DNA of 56,807 nucleotides, filler included, from Catajapyx aquilonaris (GCA_000934665.2; 2 parts of 2 records of this genome joined end to end with filler, not necessarily neighbours in it), one strand, 5' to 3'; positions 29,476 to 42,875 are shown, counted from the whole stretch's first letter. Numbers and translations are program-made. Notes: generated by a model from the sequence alone, not told the origin.

Positions 29476-32064
29476 TACTTTCCCCCGTTCAACCAATGTA
29501 TTAGAGGGCAGAGGTGAAAGCTATGGTATAACTACTACCTAGGCGATTAGTCAACTTGTTCATAGGGTGGAGTCACACATCTCTCTGTATGTCTATATGA
29601 TTTTCAAACTGTGGATAACTAAATCCGCTGATAACGAGACCGTGGATAACCGGGGGCCAACTGTGCATATAACTTATACATATAATAGTGGAAGATAACT
29701 CGTTAATCACCGGTAATACTGAATATACCAGTACAAAGTTAATGTCACCTGCTACATAAAGGCAGCCGACAACTCTCTTGCAACATAGAAGCTCGTTATC
29801 GTGTCTGAAAGTCTCTATATTATCTATTCTGTAAGAGTTTGAGGCTCAACCGAGGAATAAAACTTAGAACCATGGAGGATGAGCCTTCTCAGACTGGGCC
29901 TTATACTGTACGTATAACAGGATGTCTTTTTGTGGAAGTGTTACATCAGTTGAGGCCAGACGTCTTCTTCGATCGTTCCTCACGGCCTTGTTCGCTTATC
30001 TGCCGGGTTAAATTTAGCAGGGCAATGGATCCGGTGGCGGACACTAAACTCCAGAAAACTTTCAAGAGGATTGTTGTCAGGGATCAAAGGAGGGATGTGG
30101 TGGAGGAGAAGAAGTGAGAAACAAAACCTTCCTTAATTAATAAATCAACTGGATATAAGCGTGCATGCATTCCCCAGCGAATAACTCCGGCAAAACTGGA
30201 TTTTTGTGCTGATAAATTGAGGAGGAGGGAAAAGTGTGAGAGAATAAAAAGCTAACGTCATACATCAGAATCGCTCGCTTCCTATAAATTGTCCAGTAAT
30301 GAAAAAGTGTCATTATAAAGGACAATATTCAACAAAAAAACACGTAAGGCGTAATTCTCTGATAAAATAAGCTTTCTTACTGTAAGTGTTAAAAATGTCT
30401 CAGGCGAGAGCCACCAAGACCCAAACATGTACTGTACCAACGTTGAAACATGGATAGTACGGTATCATTTTTCATTGTTATTTTACAGAGTTGGATCGGC
30501 TGCAGGGATGCTGCATTGAATAAAAGTGCCGACTGAAAATTCACTCTCTTCTAGACGAGGCCTCAAGAATCTTAAAGAATCCAGCTGGGTAGTGTGTCAA
30601 CTTGATCACAGGAAAAGTGTAATATACAGTTTTTTTTTCCTCCGCCTGGTGCCATAAAACGCTAAGCAAAAAATGAGGCATGTAACCAGTGCAAGCGCAC
30701 AATCTGAGGAGAAGTGATGGTGCACACATAAATTCCATCTCTCCTGCAACCACCAATGATTTTTTGTTAGTGAATAGCTATGTATAGAAGCGCATACTCT
30801 TATTATACACGGGCTTGGAAAGCCGCCTCTAGGTGAATTAGAGGCCATGAATCAATGCCTCGTCGTCAAACCTTGACATGATCTCTTCATGAGGCATGAG
30901 TCGTTCTATTACACAATGCACTCAACGACAAGGAGGGTGCATAGGTAACCTATACATGTTGTGCACTAGTGCATTTAAATTCCGGGCTGTTAAGCTCGTG
31001 AGAGGTAAGGTTTCAAGAAAGACATTATGAAACTATACAAATTATGGACGGCAATAAATCCGAATAGTGCTTTACCTTCGAAAAAGCCGGTTTAAGTGAA
31101 CAAGTTCTGCATATCGTTATTACGAGTGCCCTTCGGTAGCAGGCTGTAATAATTATTTATTTGGTTTCTCCTTCACAGGCCCAAGGATCCCAGTTGCAGG
31201 CTTACAGAATATAGCATGGGATTACCCTTTAGCAAATGATTTGCGAGAGTGCAAACCTCAGTCGACAGGAGTTTCAGTAATTAGAGCAAAAGTAAACACC
31301 TTCGGCAATATGGTAAATTCGCCGAACCTTGCTTGCGAATGTGAGCGCCGTGGAATGGTCCTGTCCTGCATGGCACTCAACGTATGGCAGTTTTATAGTG
31401 AAAAATAATGTCAGGCTAGGCCCACGGACATTTCAGCAGGCTCATAGCAGGTGATAAGTTCCAGCACAAGCGCCAGAAAGTTCGTTTCAAAGAAACGAGA
31501 ACCCAAGTTCAGGAATCAGGATTCCATGACTTAAAACAGCATGCAAGACTGATTTGGGGTAATTCGCTAATCAACGTGCACGAGGAGGCTGTTCAAACTA
31601 ATAATGCAACTTATAGTTAGAGGTGAGGAAATTTCATGAGCTCTGATTTTCGAGGTTGAAACTTTCACAGGGGCTACCTCATATCATAATCCCAGCCAGT
31701 TCGTAATTATTTCTAAAAGGCAAAGGATGTGTCCTAGATTCATTTTTGCCGTGGACTCAAAATTTTTTATAGGGCTCGTGGAAGTTGTTCCCACTAATGT
31801 AATATGATTTAGTGAAACTAAAACATCAGTTTTGTTTTATCCCGATATTGAGAAAATCACAATTTTGCTATGTTTCCCGTTTAAATGAACAGAGGCGGTG
31901 ATACGAACCTTCAGTAATTTTTATTTAACATTTCGGACGTATTAATTTCATTTTCTCCACTTTTAGTAAATAATTGGCAACTCTCAAAATCAGCCATCAC
32001 CTACCATTATCATAAAAATCATACCTAGCCTAGTTCCGTCATTCTCCTTATAAATTATGTACTA

Positions 32065-32226
32065 CAATGTTGGACATAAATCGAGGCATATTGCCAGCGA
32101 CATTTTAAGAAGCGGCAAAAGAAGGAATCGAAGATAAAGATACTGCAGGCTGGGCGAGCAAGATTCCGTCTTCTGCCGCTTCGGAAAATGTCGCTAGCAG
32201 AATGCCTCGATTTATGTCCAACACTG
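32065..32226. mobile_element. Family A palindromic MITE
   Basis: TA|CAATGTTGGACATAAATCGAGGCA ... TGCCTCGATTTATGTCCAACACTG|TA. Confidence 0.85.
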
Positions 32227-32353
32227 TACAATACGTCAACACTCATAGGTAGTAGCAGCCATGGTTTACCAATTTCCGAGTTTAACATTAGAGAACATTT
32301 GGCAGTCAGAGCAGGGTGGGACCACTTCAATGGAGGCGAGACACGCGCTGGGT

Positions 32354-33175
32354 ATAGCACCCTGGTGGGCTTTATCCGCGTGATGACTCATCACCAACGT
32401 GCATGAAGTACACTACCGGACATAATTGCATACCCTACATCTACATGTAAACAACTGTGTTGGCGTTGCCTGGCCACCGCGCCGTCGAGGGCGTGTTCTG
32501 ACATCATCACATGGAGGTCGCTTAGTGTTCTTTCTATAATTGTTGCCACTAGGGAACGAGTGATGCTGGGTAACCTCTAGCGGCGGGTCTGCATGCTTAC
32601 TAATGCATGGCATCGGTATAAGCGGGCTGACGGGATATCACTTTGAGAAAGCGCTTTACATTGGCCTTGATTGAGAATGGATGACATTCAATGTGAACCT
32701 TACATTAAATTGACAGACAAGAGCATACCAGCAGACTCCTTCCCGATCATTCAGTAACTCTATGCATCCTGACTCATGCTGGAAAGTGATGATAATAGTG
32801 TGATAATAACAAAGAGCCTTCTCAAAATAATATCCCCTCGGCCCGCTTATTCCGATGCCTGCATTAGTAAGCATGCACACCCGTCGCTAGGTCGCCCAGG
32901 ATCACTCGCTCCCTGTAAACAGTGGCAACAATAGACAGAACACTAAGCACTTTCCATTTGCTTATGTCTGAACACGCCTTAGACGGCGCGGTTGCCAGGT
33001 AACGCCAACGCCGTTGTTTACATTTAGGGTATGCAGTTATGTCCGGTAGTGTACTATACTTTCCCTATAAGCACGGCAGTAGTGTGCAGAGGAACAGTCT
33101 ATTCGCCAACTGGTAGTAGGGGCCTATCGTACAACTTCCAAGTTGGGGGATGGGTCAAGCAGTGTTGCCCACTAG
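32354..33175 (+). mobile_element. Helitron-like 3' segment interrupted by a Tc1-type foldback
   Basis: 32354-32410 and 33054-33175 together match the reverse complement of 29277-29475; ends CTAG|T. Confidence 0.55.
32411..33051. mobile_element. Tc1-type foldback MITE (641 bp)
   Basis: TA|CACTACCGGACATAATTGCATACCCTA ... TAGGGTATGCAGTTATGTCCGGTAGTG|TA; arms about 240 bp. Confidence 0.85.
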
Positions 33176-33405
33176 TATTGAATAATAACACTAGGGAACA
33201 AAGTCGAACTTTTTTTCTGCCCCATGGACTTGAATGTTCAATTCTTATTGTATTTTTTGCATTGATTTCAAATAACTTATGTTAACCTATTTCTTCTATC
33301 ACTCACAGTTTTTGAATAAGCAGTATTTTATGGTAGCAATGAACTTCCTTCAATGTATATTATGTAGCACTGTTCGACAAAATTGCAATTATTTTGGCGC
33401 ATGTA

Positions 33406-33616
33406 CACCCGCGAGCATAAAGATGGAGACGGCAGGCCCTCACCTTCGGCAGGCTGCTCTGCCAATTGCAGCTATTACGGTATCAAATATACTGTCATAA
33501 ATACACGAACACACGCCTGATGCAGCTAAGTCGGTCCAAGAAGTGTTCATTAATTTGAGTCGGATAAAGAAAGGTCAAGAAAGGGCCTGCCGTCTCCATC
33601 TTTATGCTCGCGGGGG
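33406..33616. mobile_element. TA-flanked MITE with about 35-bp TIRs
   Basis: TA|CACCCGCGAGCATAAAGATGGAGACGGCAGGCCCT ... AGGGCCTGCCGTCTCCATCTTTATGCTCGCGGGGG|TA. Confidence 0.85.
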
Positions 33617-34460
33617 TACATTAATGTGCGATTCCTATAGTACCCTTTGTCCTGATTTCAAATATGTTAACCATTTCATTCTATCACCTTTAGATTTTGA
33701 GCAATTGGCATTTTTATGGTATCAAAAAGCGTCTCTTAATGTAGGCTAGAGTCATTCACTTTCAAATAAATTTGTGAGTAAGTAATGACTAATAGGGCTT
33801 AGTATGGGCTTGGTATGGATTAGTTATGATGCCACCATGTTGTAGATATACCAAAATCCTCATATGGAATAATGTTTACAAAAAATATGCATAAGATGAC
33901 AATGAGCTATGTTCAGTAATTCTAGAAAACAAGGTATACGCTTGATACAAGAAAATGGATGCCGATATTAAAATTCTGACTTCATAATTATTCACAATCA
34001 GCGACTACTAATACATGAGAGGCACCAAAAATTGCGCCTTAAACAAAACCGAATGTTGCCCAATAAATTAATAATATTTAGCTATGCAAAGTAGGCCTAC
34101 TCTCGGGAGAGTAAGGCCTGTTACAAGAAAATGGATACAGATAGAAATATTTTGACTTCAAATTCAAACTCGGGGCATACTAATACATAATAAAAAGTGA
34201 AAATTGCTTATTTAACAAAACCATTGTTGACCATATATTAGTCACATTGAGCAATGCGCAGTGTACTTTCCCCAAAATAACGTATGGCTGTTTTTTTTTA
34301 AAAAAAGGAGGATGATGGACACTTTCTGACTTCACATTTGGAATCAGCGCATATGAATGCATTTAAAAAACAATAATTGTGGGTAGTGCTTCTGACCCCT
34401 TGGGTTCAAGTAGTTTGACCTTTATTTATTTTTTATTGGTCGGTGTTACATTTTTGGTGC

Positions 34461-34713
34461 CTATTCATTATTTTGAGTCGCCCTGGCCCACGGGCAGGAT
34501 GTCAGGAGGGGATGTGCAATGCGCAGTGCAAAGTTTCCAAGATGGTACATAATTTGTGAACTGGTAAATATGTCTAGCGGAAATTCCACCCGAGACGAAG
34601 CCAGAGACGACCTAACTCTGCACGAGATGAAGGGGGTGTCCCCGGGCTGGGATCGAACCCGGGACCTTAACATCCGTGGGCGCATACGTTACTGCAGCAC
34701 CACTCCGCCTCCC
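34461..34713 (-). mobile_element. tRNA-derived SINE
   Basis: Minus strand GGGAGGCGGAGTGGTGCTGCAGTAA...GGTCCCGGGTTCGATCCCAGCCC (A/B boxes); AAT-rich 3' end. Confidence 0.65.
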
Positions 34714-35072
34714 TCATATGAATGCATTAGAAACAGCTAAAATTGTTCATGTTCCAAAACCCTTGTTGACTGGTGTAAACTAAGGTTCCTGGCGCCTCTT
34801 GGGGAGATTTTAAAGTGGGATATTTCCAAAAATGCGAATGTAAAATTCGGATTTTTGCAATACCGGAATAAATATGGCAAACCTGACTATCGCTTTTTAA
34901 CCATGTATTATTATTAGGACAACTTCCATCAAAATTGTGGCGGTCCATGGCAACAGCAATCCTGGAATACATCCTTTAGGTAATGTCATATGTCTCTGGC
35001 TTATACCATGGGGAATTTAGCACAAGCTCTGTTTAAGAACACAATCTAGTTAGCTTTGTAATGATAGATGTA

Positions 35073-35194
35073 CTATGGGGCTCAAATTGTCTTGAAGCAA
35101 CCCTTCGAACAGGCTCCATGGTGAGCAGGTTTGTGTGTGTGAAGGGTTGCTTCAAGATCAGGATAAAGTGGCCAAAGCAATTTGAGCCCCATAG
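35073..35194. mobile_element. 122-bp palindromic TA-MITE
   Basis: TA|CTATGGGGCTCAAATTG...CTTGAAGCAACCCTTC / GAAGGGTTGCTTCAAG...CAATTTGAGCCCCATAG|TA. Confidence 0.8.
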
Positions 35195-35196
35195 TA

Positions 35197-35595
35197 CAGT
35201 ATCCTGCATTAATGGCTATGCACAGACATCTCCACCTGGCGGGATTGAGCGGAGCTAGGCGTCGGTAGGCTGTGTCCAAAATACTTTGATCTCAAGACTG
35301 CTCATGAGACCGCTCTAGACCGATCAAGGTATCGCGGTGGATTAACAGGCATTCGCGTAGTCCGTGTAATAACTGGTTCACAACCTCAATACATTGATAG
35401 GAATCGCAATGGCTTTATAATTCATACCACAGATATATCTGTGATGCGCTGTGATCCATCTTTGTAGCAAGCGCTTGAATCCACCGCGATATCTTGAGCT
35501 CTCCAAGTATTTTGGACGCAACCCACCAACGCCTAATTCCGCTCGTTCTCGGATAGGTGGCGATGTATGTGCATAGCCATTAATGCAGGGTACGG
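35197..35595. mobile_element. Foldback TA-MITE (399 bp)
   Basis: TA|CAGTATCCTGCATTAATGGCTATGCACA ... TGTGCATAGCCATTAATGCAGGGTACGG|TA. Confidence 0.8.
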
Positions 35596-35682
35596 TACCA
35601 GGAATAGCCCCGTGCTACACAATGAATTTGCAGCCTGCCTTGAAAATGATTCTCGACAGAAACTACCAAGCTCACAATTGTA

Positions 35683-35843
35683 CAGTGTTGGTCATATATC
35701 GAGGCAACCGCCAGCGACATTTTCCGAAGCGGCAGAAGAAGGAATCTTGCTCGACCGGCTTGTAAGTATGCTTATCATCGATTCCTTCTTCTGCCGCTAC
35801 GGAAAATGTCGTTGGCGGTTGCCTCGATATATGACCAACACTG
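35683..35843. mobile_element. Family A palindromic MITE
   Basis: TA|CAGTGTTGGTCATATATCGAGGCAACCGCC ... GGCGGTTGCCTCGATATATGACCAACACTG|TA. Confidence 0.9.
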
Positions 35844-36752
35844 TACCTGGTATACATATACTCATGGTGCAAGCGATAAAAAGGTTTCGTTTCGATTGAA
35901 GGCATTCCTTTGATGAAGTGAACCAATACATAAGAAAATGGGGAAACCAAGAGAAAGAGCCAACAGGACTCGGCCGATCCTGGAAACGAATATCATAACT
36001 TTTATTAAATACGGTATACACTGTATATCGAATTTAATTATGTAGTTTGAGTCACTGTCAGTCTGCGCATTCACTATCAATAATCCTATTTAAGCCGGTT
36101 GACTACTATCGCAAAACTTTCCCGGATTGAAGAGTAATTATTTTTCTTATTTCCGCCAACAAACACAGATATTCTACTCTCTCTGTTACTGTCAAATCCG
36201 GAAAACGTCTTTCGCCAGCATGCTGTGCAACCAGCACTAACAAGTAAGCATGAATGATTTAGGTCCAGTTGTACACCTAATAGCATATGAAGAACATGTT
36301 TTTCATTTACAGTCAGTCGCTCAACAGGACCTGAATGAAGCTGCAGCCTAGACTACATCTGTAGTGTCATCTATCTGCAAAAAGCGACCGTTTCATTCCC
36401 CCATTGCCCGGCCACAACTGCCACCCCTACTCCGCCTGTCTCATTAGCGTCCTCATTATAGCTATGAGTTGAACAGGTGCACGCTAGTGACGCCATTAGG
36501 ACATGCAAGTGGCACAACCGACTTGGGGCTCAGTGAAATGGCAGATTTTCATTCATGCATCTAGTTCTATTACATCATTCGGCTGTTTTACATACACTCG
36601 ACCACAGACATTGTCTATGCACGCCTTATGACTTATTATGACTATTATGACTTATTATGACTATTATATATATGCCTTATGACTTATTTTTCACTACATT
36701 CACCGACCATCTTATTGCTAGCTTATATTGTACTACCTGGTATTATCACAGC

Positions 36753-36862
36753 CAGGGATGGAAAAAGAACCGCTTCTTTGGGAGGAAGCGGTTCTTTTTC
36801 CATCCCTGCACATGGAAAAAAGAAGCGCTTCTTGGAAGGAAGCGGTTCTTTTTCCATCCCTG
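36753..36862. mobile_element. 110-bp hAT-type mini-MITE with 8-bp TSD
   Basis: ATCACAGC|CAGGGATGGAAAAAGAACCGCTTC ... GAAGCGGTTCTTTTTCCATCCCTG|ATCACAGC. Confidence 0.85.
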
Positions 36863-36949
36863 ATCACAGCGTAATAACTGGTATAAGCCCATTGGGCGAT
36901 ACAGTATTAGGAACAAGTGAAACCAGACCAAGCCTATAGTCTTCAGAAC

Positions 36950-37096
<147 letters not shown>

Positions 37097-37962
37097 TTCC
37101 TCCCTGCCTCCAAACGCAGGGAGGGAAGTCTTCAGAACATATAGCAAAGGGTAGCTCTTATTACACCCAACAGACCGTGAAGCAGGTGGTTTCGATTCAT
37201 GTAGTCTTCTCAGTACGAAAAAGACAACAGTACACCATGTACCATGTTCGATAACTCAACTGTCCATCATACTAGTATTTTCAACAGTTGGTAGGCCTAC
37301 TCGATCGCTAAGAGTGTGGCCTCCCTGGACTCTTTCTGGAGGATTGCTGGATAGATGTTGTGCAAATGACAATTACTATCTGGCACAGACATGTTTTCAG
37401 GTAGGCAATATTTAAAATATTGCCGATTTGGGTATCACCGTCCATGCCTTCTTGACTGTTTCCTCTTTGCCGGCCTGAGAAGAATTGCGCATACTGATAA
37501 TGTAATACTTATCGTACTAACACCTAGTCATTATCGTACTCCAAATACAATATTTTCGGTACCCCTTTGGGGCAGGTCAAAGACTCCCGGGGTCTGTGGA
37601 CAACCGCTAGTTAATCACATAAGCGAGGATTAGCCACTCGCGTATTCCGGACATCCACTTTTGTCATTAATCACCCGTAACAACGAGTAACAGTAATCAA
37701 GTGTACACTTCAAAGTTACTTCCAACGATAGTCTACAATATACATTTCTGAACTACACTGCACTCCCGATTATCCGTGCATCGCAAAAAAAAAATTAAAT
37801 AGAAGTCCGAAAAAATGCGTCGAATTTTCGTCCGATTGGCTAGATACTGCTAACTTAGCAGTATCAGTGCCAGCACTGGCAGGCCTACTACCAAGTTAGC
37901 AGTAACTAGCAGTGGGACGAAAATTCCGCCCACTGTCAATATGTCTCGCCAACGAAGAAATA

Positions 37963-38849
37963 CAGTTGAATCCATATATAACAGCCTCGACTGTAACAGA
38001 CTCGAAAGGCCGGTCCTGGGCGACTTCCATGAGGCCCTGTGTATTTTTTTAAAAACTCCTGATATAACAACTTGTAAACCATGACGATGTGTCCCCCCAA
38101 AAAACGACCCAAGGTCGGAGAACGAGGTAATAAAATAAATAAATCCTAAATAAATACTCCTGATATAACAGTCATTTTGACATCACCTCGGCTCGGGTAT
38201 AACAGACCATTTCTTGGACCCGCCTCCTCGGTGGGAAAATCTGATCACTCAGCTTCTTTTCCCACCCGAAGAAAGCACTGCATAATGAAGCACGGGTGAT
38301 TTCCCCNGGATTTCCCCCCCCCCCCCCCTGTCACTGATTTAAAGCGGCGTTTACATGTGAGCGATTTGACAAGCGAAGCGGAGCGAAGTCATCGCCGAGT
38401 GACGTAACCAATATTGTTTGAGGTGAAAGTAACAATCGATTTTCGCCTCAAACAATACTGGTTACTCGGGTTACTCAGCGTCGGTATCGCCGGCGATGAC
38501 ATCGCTCGATCAAATCGCTCACATGTAAACGCACCTTAACACTTGCCGAAAAGGTCAAAATCATTCTTTTTCTGGTATAGCGCTATATGGCAAGAACGAG
38601 ACGGCAGAAGAAAATGACGAGGGGGGGGGGGTGGTGGGGGGTTCGTCTTGCCTAAGTTACGGGTGAGCTAATTTTGCTTGTTTGTGGAAAATTTCATTAA
38701 TCAATGTGCAGTAGTGTGAACTATAAGCACATGAAAGCAGAAAACTTGCGTTTTCGTTGCATAAGTGGCGATTTGGCTATAACAGACCTCGGTTATAACA
38801 GACTGATTTCCTGTGGTCCCTTGAAGTATGTTATGTCGGCATTCAACTG
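37963..38849. mobile_element. pogo/Tigger-type MITE
   Basis: TA|CAGTTGAATCC ... GCATTCAACTG|TA; repeated (G)ATATAACA / GTTATAACAGAC sub-terminal motifs. Confidence 0.7.
38343..38536. mobile_element. PIF/Harbinger-type palindromic MITE (TAA TSD)
   Basis: TAA|AGCGGCGTTTACATGTGAGCGATTTGA ... TCAAATCGCTCACATGTAAACGCACCT|TAA. Confidence 0.8.
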
Positions 38850-40021
38850 TATAAGACTTTTTCTAGAAAACAAAGTAAAAATCTATGGTAAGCTTCATTA
38901 TTTCGATTCAACGAATCAGCATACTCTCTATACAGTAGTGCATTAGAAACCTGTGAATACATCATTTTTTACGATGTTTGGGACCATTTTACGATTATTC
39001 GGCAACACCCGTGCAGTCATTAGACTGGATAATCGCGAGTACAGTGTAATCAGTTACTGTTTGTTTCCAACCAAAAATAACATGGAAAGAGGAACATGGC
39101 TCCATCCCCAAAGTCTTCTGCGCATGCGTACCGTATCTATGGATTCGATTTATACAAAATGCTTATAAACAAGTTATAAGAAGTTGGACTTGGAGCCAGG
39201 TTTCATATTTGTTTTTATACTTTTAGACTGGGTTATAGAGCATCTAATGAAAGCTCCGGAGCAGCAGATACATTCGGTGCTTTTCCTTTCTCGCAGAAAC
39301 TTGGAAAACTCGAAAAGAGGACTGTCGGCATGAAGAACCAAGCCTGAAAGAAGTGGATAGGAGAGGCTTCCCTTATAGTGTGTGGACTGTGGGCGTTCCT
39401 AATTCAGAGGGAATTGAGAAGAGGAAAAGAAGAAAAAAGAGGACTCCCTTTGCTAGGGGATTGTGAAGAATTCCAGCCTCTTTTTTTCTACTTTCCCCTT
39501 CTCTTCGTTAGTCAAGGTGGTCCCCTCCCCACGAGAGACGGAGTTAACGAGGTACAGCTTCATACACCACCCTGCCTTAAGCCATCTCCCAATGCCATGG
39601 AGATGATGTCACTTAATATGTTTCATTAGCATCATCTGAGATATTCTAATCACCATTTGTACCGGATTACCCAAACGAACAAACGTTGGGCTCCCCCATC
39701 TGCAGAATCTTGAATGCATGGGACTACTGCATTATTCACACCAGGCGAAAATTAAAAGGCGGCGGGGGCGGAGGAGGTCCCGTGCTAATTCGTCGACCTC
39801 ACCAACAAGAAAAGTGGGGATGGTAAACTGAGAAGAGAACGTTTCAGGCATCTAAAATTATCTGAAAAGCCGTCAGAAATGTCTTGATTCTGCCTCAAAA
39901 CTGCCTCTTCGCTCCTATCAATTAAGCTTCAATGGAGCGCGTCGTCGTGATTAAATGTTACAGGCGTTCGTTATGTATATAACTCCGGTACACTAGCACT
40001 GTACACAATACACTGTATGTA

Positions 40022-40183
40022 CAGTACTGGCCAATAATCGAGGCAACGACTAGCGACATTTTCCCGAAGCGGCAGAAGAAGGAATCGAAGATAAGCATGC
40101 TACAAGACGGGCGAGCAAGATTCCTTCTTCTGCCGCTTCGGGAAAATGTCGCTAGTCGTTGCCTCGATTATTGGCCACTACTG
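40022..40183. mobile_element. Family A palindromic MITE (near-perfect, young)
   Basis: TA|CAGTACTGGCCAATAATCGAGGCAACGACTAGCGACATTTTCCCGAAGCGGCAGAAGAAGGAATC, with a near-exact inverted copy. Confidence 0.9.
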
Positions 40184-40185
40184 TA

Positions 40186-40264
40186 CTATATCGCTCAAAA
40201 AGATAGAGACAATTTTGCATTGAAATCAAATGCAAAATCGTCTCCATATTTTTGAGCGATAGAG
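40186..40264. mobile_element. 79-bp family B palindromic MITE
   Basis: TA|CTATATCGCTCAAAAAGATAGAGAC ... GTCTCCATATTTTTGAGCGATAGAG|TA. Confidence 0.8.
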
Positions 40265-41912
40265 TACTTTAGCAGTACACCTATCATTGAAAAATGTGAA
40301 AATATTTCAATGTTACGAGTATTTCAAACTCGATGCAGCACGTCATGCAGTGTGTTGCGTGTGTCCTACGCTGAGCTAACCTAGCCTAATCAAAACATAT
40401 TTTAATAACCCTACATAAATTAAGTACTGTGCTGGACTAATTCAGTTTTTTTGCGTTAAACAAACACTCACCAAGTAAACAAGGCATTACAACTTGCAGA
40501 CCACGCAATCTTCCGCATGCCTTGTTTGTTTACACATTACTAGTGACAATGTATTTGTACAAAAAATCGTTTAAGCGTGTACAGTGCATAATTGTAAACC
40601 CTACACAATTAGCATAAAAAGGAAATTTCTCAACAGCTGTTTGTTTACAAAGTTGTGGGCTTCAGCACTGCATATATTGGGCAAGTGGCTTGTTTACACA
40701 AGTCCTCGGAATTGACGGCCCGACATTTAAATGCCATCCGCTTCAACAAATTATAGCAAATGTTTTCGCAAGACTGACTGTACATCATCGCTCTCTTGCC
40801 CCCGTACCATCGGGAATAAATAACATATTTCCGGTAAAAACAGGCGTCTATTACCAGATCCTTCTCAAAACTCATAAATGCTGGATATATGCAGGGTTTT
40901 CCTATTGAAGTATCCGTACTCATTATCGACTTTTGGGGATGTAAACTGCTTATTTGTAAGTTACATTTTCGGGTTATAACGTTTTTGCTGTTAATATTAG
41001 GTAGAAATGAATAATCTGTCCAAGCTCTGAATTGCAATGGAATTTATTGGGAATGATCCACTGGAACGATATATTGGCATCGAATGTCAATGATAAACCT
41101 ATTTTTGTGATGGCCTGTGCAGGCGCTAAGTAAGATTGGCAAATCCTGCGAGCGTGATTCGAGTAGACTTTTTCTCATTTGGCAGCGGGAAATGAGGCTG
41201 ACAAACCCGATACGATACGACACTATGCGATGCTAATTGGGAAAAAATGACATTGATTGTTGTCAGTCTCATTTCCCATTGCCAAGGAACCCAATTTATA
41301 TTGTTACCTGCCTGCAGATTTGATCTTGGCTGATAGTGTACCCGGAAAACCGGAAGTTGGACATAAAACCTATTTTGGTTACGCCTAATACGAATCCGAA
41401 AACCGTTTGTCGCTATCTCTTGCCGTTTACCCCTGACACTGTCCTGTCCGCATGTACACGGGCAGACGGGCAAAGCCGTTTATACCATAAGACTTTTTTT
41501 CTACGAGAAAAAGTCTAAAAAGGATGTATCGACGCAACTTAATAGATGCTAATATATTGATAACCACTAAAGTAATTACGCCAAGGTAAATGCTTAAAAA
41601 GAAGCAGCAGTGCCAAAAAAAATCCTAACCGCTACGGGTATTTCAATGGAACGCCCAATATTATTTATGGAGATTTGCAATCAGCGGCAAACACATGACA
41701 TAAGTGAATGTTCTAACATTAAGGAGGAACACTACAAATATGCAGCAGTTGCTGTAAAAGATACATATATACCCGAAATCTACACAAGGCTTCAATATTA
41801 TTACTCGCTTTGCTCGGGGGGGGGGGGGGGGGGGGGGNGAGAGTGCGAAACATTTTCCATCTCCTCCTCCTCCTCCTCCTCCTCCCCCATATCCTCGTCT
41901 AGGGGTTTTATA

Positions 41913-42240
41913 CAGGGTGTTTCAACTTTTTTGTCCGAACAGTTAACGGAAAATTGCACGTAGCTGCTACTTTGTAAGCAGTGACTTGCAACAGGTGATT
42001 TGTCGGGGGAATGGGAATGGGGAAAAAGAGGGTCACACATCCCATGGCATGTGTGACCCTCTTTTTTCCAGGCTTGACCCTCAATTTTCAACGGGCAGCA
42101 CGTATGCCACTTCAACCTACGATTCGCAGGGAATATTCCCCGTTCCTCCGAAAAACTCCGTTGGCAAGTCACTGCTTACAAAATAGCAGCTACGTGCAAT
42201 TTTCCGATAACTGTTCGGACAAAAAAGTTTAAACACCCTG
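41913..42240. mobile_element. CAGGGTG-terminus Tc1/mariner MITE (328 bp)
   Basis: TA|CAGGGTGTTTCAACTTTTTTGTCCGAACAGTTA ... TAACTGTTCGGACAAAAAAGTTTAAACACCCTG|TA; about 80-bp TIRs and an internal hairpin AAAAAGAGGGTCACACAT/ATGTGTGACCCTCTTTTT. Confidence 0.9.
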
Positions 42241-42875
42241 TATATATTTGATTCAATTGGGTACTAGAGCTTTCTATTACTTATAGAAGCGCGTTTGCAG
42301 TTGGTGACAAGTGTACTTTGCGGATTTAGCAGTTAAATTGACAGCCATGTAAAAGCTAGGATTGCTCTTGAATCCGACAAGGACATTTGGTGTCACTTAT
42401 GACATCCATGGGAAACTCAAACGGGCATGAAATTTCCTTCTCTATATGGCACAGGAAGAAATCAATTATTCCTGATTGCATCCGGAATCCCATTTTCATT
42501 AAATCGCCCAGAGGTTTTCTGTTTCTCCTCGGTTTGACATCTGAACGGCATAGGAAAGTCAACACCCCGGGATATTACCAAATCATACATGGGCTCGGCG
42601 CCAGCACCAGCAAAGCTTCAGAGTTCCACTCACCTCGCCTCTAAGTCAGGTTGGCCACTCTACAAGAATTTATAAATTCTTTGACTTTCTATGGGGGAGG
42701 GGGGTTCAGGAAAAATAAAAGACAAGGGTTCCCGACAGCTCCAGGACCTATGTCAAAAGTCCATAGACCACCAACACACCCCCAGATAAACAAAAAGGGA
42801 AATAGGCCACGTATGGCCTGGCATAAGAATGACCACACTTACAAAGTTTTCTGAAAATTAATATACTAGTGTTAA

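Larger units (their letters stand above)
37756..39046. mobile_element. pogo/Tigger-type TA element hosting nested insertions
   Basis: TA|CACTGCACTCCCGATTATCC ... GGATAATCGCGAGTACAGTG|TA. Confidence 0.6.

Noticed and set aside
39540..39840. LINE remnants (minus-strand GLRQG; RTE-like 3' end)
   Set aside because: Only a few codons of similarity, with stops; too short to support a call.
40645..41037. 130-aa minus-strand ORF
   Set aside because: Non-ATG start, no recognisable domain or splice sites.
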